Translations under genes and position numbers: made by a program
DNA from: Polyangiales bacterium
Lineage (GTDB): Bacteria > Myxococcota_A > Polyangia > Polyangiales > Houyiibacteriaceae
DNA length: 64,000 nucleotides
NCBI GenBank assembly: GCA_045106895.1
Contig: JBGCFM010000149.1
Location: 40,899-104,898, forward strand
Direction: 5' to 3'
Shown here: positions 58,724 through 64,000 of the stretch, piece after piece
How the letters are laid out: the number at the start of each line of letters is the position of its first letter
Position numbering within the stretch: position 1 is the first letter of the stretch
The notes under the pieces: model-generated
What the model saw: only the letters and a program-made list of their open reading frames with translations
The model's database searches: none
Told to the model about the DNA's origin: nothing

Positions 58724-59548
58724 ATGAAAAGGGGCGTAGAGAGGAGCGAAGAAAGCGTTGTCGTTCTGGGGCTCTGGGCTGAGAACCAGAATCGGATCAG
58801 CCTCGTGAAGCTGCTTCGACGTGAACTCGGCGTCGGCCTCGCGGAGGCAAAGAGCCTGATGGAGCGCAACCTGGAATCGGGCGAGTTCATCGTGATCCCC
58901 GTCGAACAGGGCCGAGGTATTTGCGTCGCGAAGGAGGCACGACGATACGGTGCCTCGTGTCGTGTGGTCGCCGGCGAAGATGCCGCGAAGAAACAAGCGC
59001 AGCTGCGCGAGCAAACCGGCTCGCTGAGCGTTTCGATACAAACCCTCGACGTGCAGGCGGCACTCGTGCGCGTCGCGCCGGAAATGGCGATCCCCGCTCT
59101 TCACTTCGCCGAGGCCAGCCATTGCTTTTGCCGCTTCGTCGAAGACAGCGGAAAGGAGTCACTGGCCGAGCGCTTTCGTGACGCGGCGAGACATCTAAGC
59201 GCGCTCTACGCCGCGGCGCTCGAGCTGCCGGAGGTGGAGCCGGACGCCGACGAAACGGAGCCGGCCGTCGCGGTTCCCGAGTCCTGGCCAGGCTTCGGCG
59301 ACGCGGAGCTCTACTGGGAGGTGTTTGATCCCTACGAAGATGAGGAACGCGTCGCGAGCACACTTTCCGATGATGTCCTCGATGTGTACTCGGACATTAA
59401 ACGGGGGCTTCTCCACTGGCAGGCAAGGAGGCGCCTGGATGCCATTTGGAGCTGGAAGTTCCACTTCGAATGTCACTGGGGCGACCACGCGGTCGATGGC
59501 ATGCGGGTGATTCACAGAGCGCTGCGACGCCTCCCGCCATCCGTGTAG
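58724..59548 (+). CDS. Ribosomal L7/L12-CTD-like domain fused to a DUF5063-like domain
   Basis: ISLVKLLRRELGVGLAEAKSLME; YWEVFDP, LSDDVLDVYSD, W.W.F.F..HWG.H. Confidence 0.7.
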   Translation: MKRGVERSEESVVVLGLWAENQNRISLVKLLRRELGVGLAEAKSLMERNLESGEFIVIPVEQGRGICVAKEARRYGASCRVVAGEDAAKKQAQLREQTGSLSVSIQTLDVQAALVRVAPEMAIPALHFAEASHCFCRFVEDSGKESLAERFRDAARHLSALYAAALELPEVEPDADETEPAVAVPESWPGFGDAELYWEVFDPYEDEERVASTLSDDVLDVYSDIKRGLLHWQARRRLDAIWSWKFHFECHWGDHAVDGMRVIHRALRRLPPSV

Positions 59549-59698
59549 AGTCACTGCTTGGTTCGACAAAGTGGGTAGGCTGCTGGCTCCGCTTTTTCCC
59601 GGTGCTTAGCAGGGGAAGCAGGAGCCAGAGCCAACGGACACGCACACCGGACAACCGGCTGTGAGTCCGTGGCTATCCGCGGCTATTCTTGTATTTGC

Positions 59699-60085
59699 TT
59701 ACTCGACTGCTTCCCAATCACACGTGGCCGCCGACGAGCCAAATGCGGTGGGGCGAACAGCGATCAAGCCGGATGCAGGACATTCGACATCGAGTCCAGG
59801 ACATCGGCCGACACTGTCGTCGTTGCTACCCAAGCGACTAAAGCCACTCTCACCGCAATCCAGCTCGTTTACAAGACTGCCGTCGCAAACCGTAAGGATG
59901 GGGTCGCCATCGCACGCGCCGAGTCCCAGCGCGCCACACCCGACGGTTACGACGGCAAAGGGAGTGCAGTCGAGCGTCTCGGCACCACGACCGCGCAAAG
60001 GGCCCGTGTCGAAGGGCTCGACGTCAACAAGGCAACCGCTTAGGGAAATAAGGCAGGTCGCTGCCAGCATCATGATGTTCTTCAT
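59699..60085 (-). CDS. Small Cys-rich lipoprotein
   Basis: LSGC lipobox; GDPIL.VC, SNDD, paired Cys. Confidence 0.7.
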   Translation of the reverse strand: MKNIMMLAATCLISLSGCLVDVEPFDTGPLRGRGAETLDCTPFAVVTVGCGALGLGACDGDPILTVCDGSLVNELDCGESGFSRLGSNDDSVGRCPGLDVECPASGLIAVRPTAFGSSAATCDWEAVE

Positions 60086-60139
60086 TCTTGTTCCTCTTCC
60101 ATTCCTCAGCCACCGTTCGTCGGGGCACGACCCAGTCGT

Positions 60140-60155
60140 AGCAGAGAGCGTGCCA
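60140..60155 (-). promoter_or_regulatory. Sigma-54 promoter
   Basis: TGGCACG-CTCT-CTGCT. Confidence 0.65.
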
Positions 60156-60345
60156 AACATGTTAAGCAATGCTTGAGAAGCCCCGTAGGCCTATCGCGTC
60201 AGCACCAAAGGGGTCTGGTGTGAACGTGCGGCTATGCCGACGAAACGATCTATGAACGCTCGTTGGCGATGGCTTGAATCAGCTCTGTCGTCACAAACAA
60301 GCCGCCCGGGTGTTCTTCCGGTGGGGACCACTCGCTTCGGGCGCG

Positions 60346-61596
60346 ATGGCGTGGCATCGACTCCCGGTGACCAGCCCCCTCGCAACCCACTTAGAGGAGA
60401 CGCTCGCGCTCCTCGTGGAGTCCCGCGACATCGTTTCCGAGCGGCCGCATTACGACGCGCCACCCGCGTGGGCCGACGAACGTGGGTGGAGTGAGTTCCT
60501 CGCGGAGATGTCGGACGCTCAGCTCGTCGCCGCGGAGCACGACCCGTGCGGGTGGCTTGCGAACTGCGCGGGCGCGCCGGCCTCGCTTCGCGCTCTTGGT
60601 CAACGCGCGACAGATATTGTGAATCGATATGAGTTCTCCGGAGAGGTCGTCGCGACGAAGACGAAACGCCACGTCAAGAAGCGAAAATCAGCGCAGCTAC
60701 ACGCGCTCTGCACCGTCGCCGCTCGCCGCTTCGCGGGCGTGGAGCGTATCGTCGACCTCGGCTCCGGGCATGGACACCTAACGCGGGCGCTCGCGCTCGC
60801 GCTGCGCCCCCAAGAAACGCTCGGCGTCGACTGGGACAACGAACGCATTGCGCGGGCCATCGGTCTCAGCGCGTCGCCCGATACTGGCGAATCGAACCAG
60901 CGAGTGCGTTTCGTCCACGGCGACGCGAGCAAAGAGGACCCTGCTGGCGAACTTGCCATTCGCGACCTCGTGACGGGCCTGCATCCTTGTGGCGCCCTGG
61001 GGGATGCGCTCGTCGCACGCGCCCGTGACGCCGGCGCCCATGTATTGGCCGTGAGCTGTTGCTACCAAAAGACGGCGGACGCTCGCCGCGACGCGCTCAG
61101 TGAGCAAGCGCGTGGCCACGGATTTAGCATCCCGCGACACGCTCTTGGCCTGGCCAACCTCTCGCCGCGCTCCTTCGAAGGCAGCGGGACTCTGGATGAA
61201 AAGCGCGCGGGCCGACGAACGCGCTTTGCCTTGCGTCTTGCCCTTGAAGCGCGCGGGCTGCTCCTCGAGCAAGGCGCCGAAGGCAACGGCATCAGCAAGG
61301 GCCAAGTGCGCCACGGTCTTGGGTTCATCGCACCGGCGGCCTTCGCGGCGCGAGGACTGACGGCGCCCAGGGCCCAGGAGCTTGCGGACGCCGAAGCCCG
61401 AGCCATCGCCGCCCACGCCCATGTGGCGCGCTTCGCATTGCCGCGTCACGCGCTCTCTCGTCCCCTTGAGCTGGCCATCGTCCTCGACCGCGCGCGCTAC
61501 CTGGAGGAGGCGGGATGGCGCACGGATGTCATAACGCTCTTCCCCGCGGCGGCGAGCCCCCGCAACCTTGGCATCGTCGCGAACGCGCCGGCCTAG
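60346..61596 (+). CDS. Class I SAM-dependent methyltransferase (Methyltransf_32-like)
   Basis: IVDLGSGHGHL, GLHPCGALG, SCCY, LDRA.YL.E, SPRN; start uncertain. Confidence 0.82.
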   Translation: MAWHRLPVTSPLATHLEETLALLVESRDIVSERPHYDAPPAWADERGWSEFLAEMSDAQLVAAEHDPCGWLANCAGAPASLRALGQRATDIVNRYEFSGEVVATKTKRHVKKRKSAQLHALCTVAARRFAGVERIVDLGSGHGHLTRALALALRPQETLGVDWDNERIARAIGLSASPDTGESNQRVRFVHGDASKEDPAGELAIRDLVTGLHPCGALGDALVARARDAGAHVLAVSCCYQKTADARRDALSEQARGHGFSIPRHALGLANLSPRSFEGSGTLDEKRAGRRTRFALRLALEARGLLLEQGAEGNGISKGQVRHGLGFIAPAAFAARGLTAPRAQELADAEARAIAAHAHVARFALPRHALSRPLELAIVLDRARYLEEAGWRTDVITLFPAAASPRNLGIVANAPA

Positions 61597-61642
61597 TGCG
61601 GAATAGGCGCTTTCACCGCTTCGTTATACCGGAGTGCCGAGC

Positions 61643-62536
61643 ATGCAGAGCAGAGCGGAAGGTGCTCTTCTGGGGACGATGCTTGGGGACGCGCTCGGAC
61701 GGCCTTTTGAAGGCACTCCACTCACGAGCCGGCCTCGCTTGGTCACCGCGGTTCAGCGCCGCGTCATCGCCCCACGTGCTTGGGGGTACAGCGACGACGC
61801 AGAAATGATGCTCGCCGTGGGCGACTCCATCGCCCGACTGGGCGCCGTGGACGAAGCGCACATCATGGAAACGATGGCCTCCTCCCACGAGGTCGCGCGC
61901 GGTTACGGCAAGGGCACGCGCGCGGCGTTTCGCGTCTGGCGCGAGACCGGGTCTTGGGCGCTATCGTCGCGGGCGCTCTGGCCTGAAGGTTCACGGGGGA
62001 ACGGCGCGGCGGTCCGAATGGCACCCGTCGCGGTGCTGCATCGCGAGTCGAGCATGGCGACGCTTCGCGCCGCGGCGCGAAGAAGTGCGGTCCCGACTCA
62101 TGCCCACGAGGAGGCCTTGGCCGGAGCGGAGCTGGTCGCTCTGGGAGTCTGGGTCGCCCTTCAGGGCGTGACGCCGACGGAGCTCTTGGAAGTGCTTCGG
62201 CTCGCGGCTGGCGGGACAGCGTTCAACGCCCCCTTACGGAAGTTGCAGGTGGTCCATTCTCCTGAGGAAGCCATCGCCGGTCTCGGTCATGACGTGTTCG
62301 CCATCGAGTCGGTGCCCCTCGCCATTTGGGCGCACTGCCGGCATCGTTCCTTTGAGGATGCCGTCATGGAGGCGGTGAGCGCAGGCGGGGACACGGACTC
62401 CATTGGCGCAATGACGGGCGCGTTGGCCGGCGCGACCTACGGCGTGGAGGCGATTCCCAAAGCGTGGGCGGGCGCCCTCGAAACGCACGGACGCCGGCGC
62501 GTTCAAGGACTCGTCCGCGCGTTGATGGCGCGTTGA
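61643..62536 (+). CDS. ADP-ribosylglycohydrolase family protein
   Basis: GDALG, YSDD, GNGAAVR.AP, TH, GGDTDS. Confidence 0.92.
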   Translation: MQSRAEGALLGTMLGDALGRPFEGTPLTSRPRLVTAVQRRVIAPRAWGYSDDAEMMLAVGDSIARLGAVDEAHIMETMASSHEVARGYGKGTRAAFRVWRETGSWALSSRALWPEGSRGNGAAVRMAPVAVLHRESSMATLRAAARRSAVPTHAHEEALAGAELVALGVWVALQGVTPTELLEVLRLAAGGTAFNAPLRKLQVVHSPEEAIAGLGHDVFAIESVPLAIWAHCRHRSFEDAVMEAVSAGGDTDSIGAMTGALAGATYGVEAIPKAWAGALETHGRRRVQGLVRALMAR

Positions 62537-62632
62537 TGGCCCATTCTCCGTGGAGCGGCGGATCACGCACGCGACCCGCGAGTTCCGCACTGCGGCGTAG
62601 ATAGGCACGCGCATTCGTAGGGCTTTTGCGTC

Positions 62633-62648
62633 GGGCACGGGAGTTGCT
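62633..62648 (+). promoter_or_regulatory. Sigma-54 promoter
   Basis: GGGCACG-GGAG-TTGCT. Confidence 0.6.
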
Positions 62649-62660
62649 TTGAACAGATGC

Positions 62661-62906
62661 ATGACCACCAGATCACTCCTCCTCGCCCTCACCCTCTCCT
62701 TCAGCGCAGCCCCCATGGGCGTCGCACAGCCCCCCGAGGGCGGCCCACCACAGGAAGCCCTCGACGCCTGTGATGGACAAGACGCCGGCACGCTCTGCGC
62801 GTTCACCGGTCGACGCGGCGAGACGCTTGAAGGAACCTGCCGTGCGCCCCAAGGGCGCGCCCTCGCGTGTGTGCCCGCAGGACACACGCGCCCACCATCC
62901 CGCTAA
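62661..62906 (+). CDS. Small secreted 4-Cys protein
   Basis: Signal peptide; PPQEALDAC...C.F....GTC...LAC.P. Confidence 0.7.
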   Translation: MTTRSLLLALTLSFSAAPMGVAQPPEGGPPQEALDACDGQDAGTLCAFTGRRGETLEGTCRAPQGRALACVPAGHTRPPSR

Positions 62907-62963
62907 GAGTCCGACGCTCACACATGAATGAGTGATGCGCGATGACGGGTGCGCCGGTATCAT

Positions 62964-64000
62964 TTGTCTATCACACACCGACGACCCGAAGCCCCCTTCT
63001 CTCACCCGCGCTCCTCAAGGATCACGCGACTTTGCCTCGCGCTTTTGTCGCTCTTGTTGGGTTCCTGTGGCGATGAGCTTCAGCAAGCACCGCTCATACC
63101 GCAGATAACGCCCGAAGAGCTTGGCCCGCGCCCCACCGACGGAGAGCTCTGTCCAGCCGGCGCAGCGGCGGAGGGAGCGACCATCCGCGCCGTCTTCCTC
63201 GCACAGAGTCACGTCCAGAGACCCGACGACCCATACTTTCGGCTCACCGCCGGTCGGGATGCCCTCCTCAAAGTGCACGTCGTCGCTCCTGGCGCACCAG
63301 CCGCACCGCCCCTTCGCGCGATCCTGCGAATCGGTGGCGAGTCGATGGAGCTATGCATGAGTGGCCCGAGCACGCTGCCCGAATCGGTGGAGTCCCGCCC
63401 CGGCCTCGTGGAACACAGCTTCGATGACAGCTTCACCGTGAACATCCCCGGTGAATGGATTCGCCGAGGGCTCTCCATTGGAGTCGCCGCGGGCGATACC
63501 GCGGTGCTCTTCGAGGATATCAACATCGGAGCCCCAAGCCGTGTCGTGATGAATATGATCGATATTCGCTTCTTCGACGAAGACGCCGCTGAGGACTACA
63601 CGGACGGCTGGGAAGAGGAGATCGCCAATCACTGGCCCGTGACCGGACTTGAAGTTCGACGCTCCGCCGAGGTGATCTTTCCGGAGGTCGTTCTTCCTCC
63701 GGACTGCGGCTCCGACCGGCCGCCAACGCGCCTGACGCGAGAGATGTGGGACGACGGAGAGCAGAGCACAGCGGCGGTCTGGAACGGCGCGCTGCGTGCG
63801 GCTTCTGGCAGTCGTGGTCGCCACAGTCTTTACTACGTCAACATCTACGGGGTTCCGAGCGGCGGCCAAGCCGGCGGCTTCGGCGGCGTCGGCAACGGAA
63901 AGCAAGTGGGCATCCTCCACCACGAGCTTGGTCACGCCATGAGCCTGCCGCACTGGGGCAACAACGCGGACTACCCGTACCGCAATGGAATGCATGGCGT
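62964..64000 (+). CDS. M66 (StcE/TagA-like) metallopeptidase lipoprotein, 3' end outside the window
   Basis: Absent from the ORF track. Frame reads LLSLLLGSC lipobox, LAQSHV, WIRRGL and HELGHAMSLPH at 63921; start is TTG 62964 or GTG 62949. Confidence 0.75.
   Translation, partial: MSITHRRPEAPFSHPRSSRITRLCLALLSLLLGSCGDELQQAPLIPQITPEELGPRPTDGELCPAGAAAEGATIRAVFLAQSHVQRPDDPYFRLTAGRDALLKVHVVAPGAPAAPPLRAILRIGGESMELCMSGPSTLPESVESRPGLVEHSFDDSFTVNIPGEWIRRGLSIGVAAGDTAVLFEDINIGAPSRVVMNMIDIRFFDEDAAEDYTDGWEEEIANHWPVTGLEVRRSAEVIFPEVVLPPDCGSDRPPTRLTREMWDDGEQSTAAVWNGALRAASGSRGRHSLYYVNIYGVPSGGQAGGFGGVGNGKQVGILHHELGHAMSLPHWGNNADYPYRNGMHG

Noticed and set aside
60346..62536. Methyltransferase plus ADP-ribosylglycohydrolase as a defence or toxin-antitoxin module
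   Set aside because: No ADP-ribosyltransferase or toxin is recognisable nearby, and adjacency alone is not enough.
53994..64000. Genomic island integrated at the tRNAs
   Set aside because: No integrase, no duplicated tRNA 3' end and no obvious compositional shift in the window.

Overview
This is a GC-rich chromosomal window, most likely from a myxobacterium (Myxococcota). That assignment is an inference from the Hanks kinase, a sigma-54 activator, several sigma-54 promoters and many acidic lipoproteins. The window is mostly housekeeping and envelope genes: proB-proA-rsfS-rlmH, smpB, dnaE, mltG/ruvX, glk, glpD, cysC, pilD, comF, a MutH-like nuclease, tRNA-Lys and tRNA-Glu, with many hypothetical secreted proteins. 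I found no CRISPR array, integrase, transposase or prophage. The strongest unexplained signal is a 60-nt intergenic element present three times with identical length (3466-3525 +, 34063-34122 -, 43210-43269 +). It can fold as a three-way junction with structure-preserving substitutions. One copy lies inside a 32-codon uORF whose stop overlaps the rsfS start, where nadD often sits. Other notable items: a 175-bp MITE-like element inserted in a CTAG/stop codon, a coupled glpD-sulfotransferase-ABC exporter operon divergent from cysC, a stand-alone Type ISP-like methyltransferase, apparent leaderless transcription (including from sigma-54 promoters), and several odd domain fusions. All product calls come from motif recognition by eye; no database search was run.
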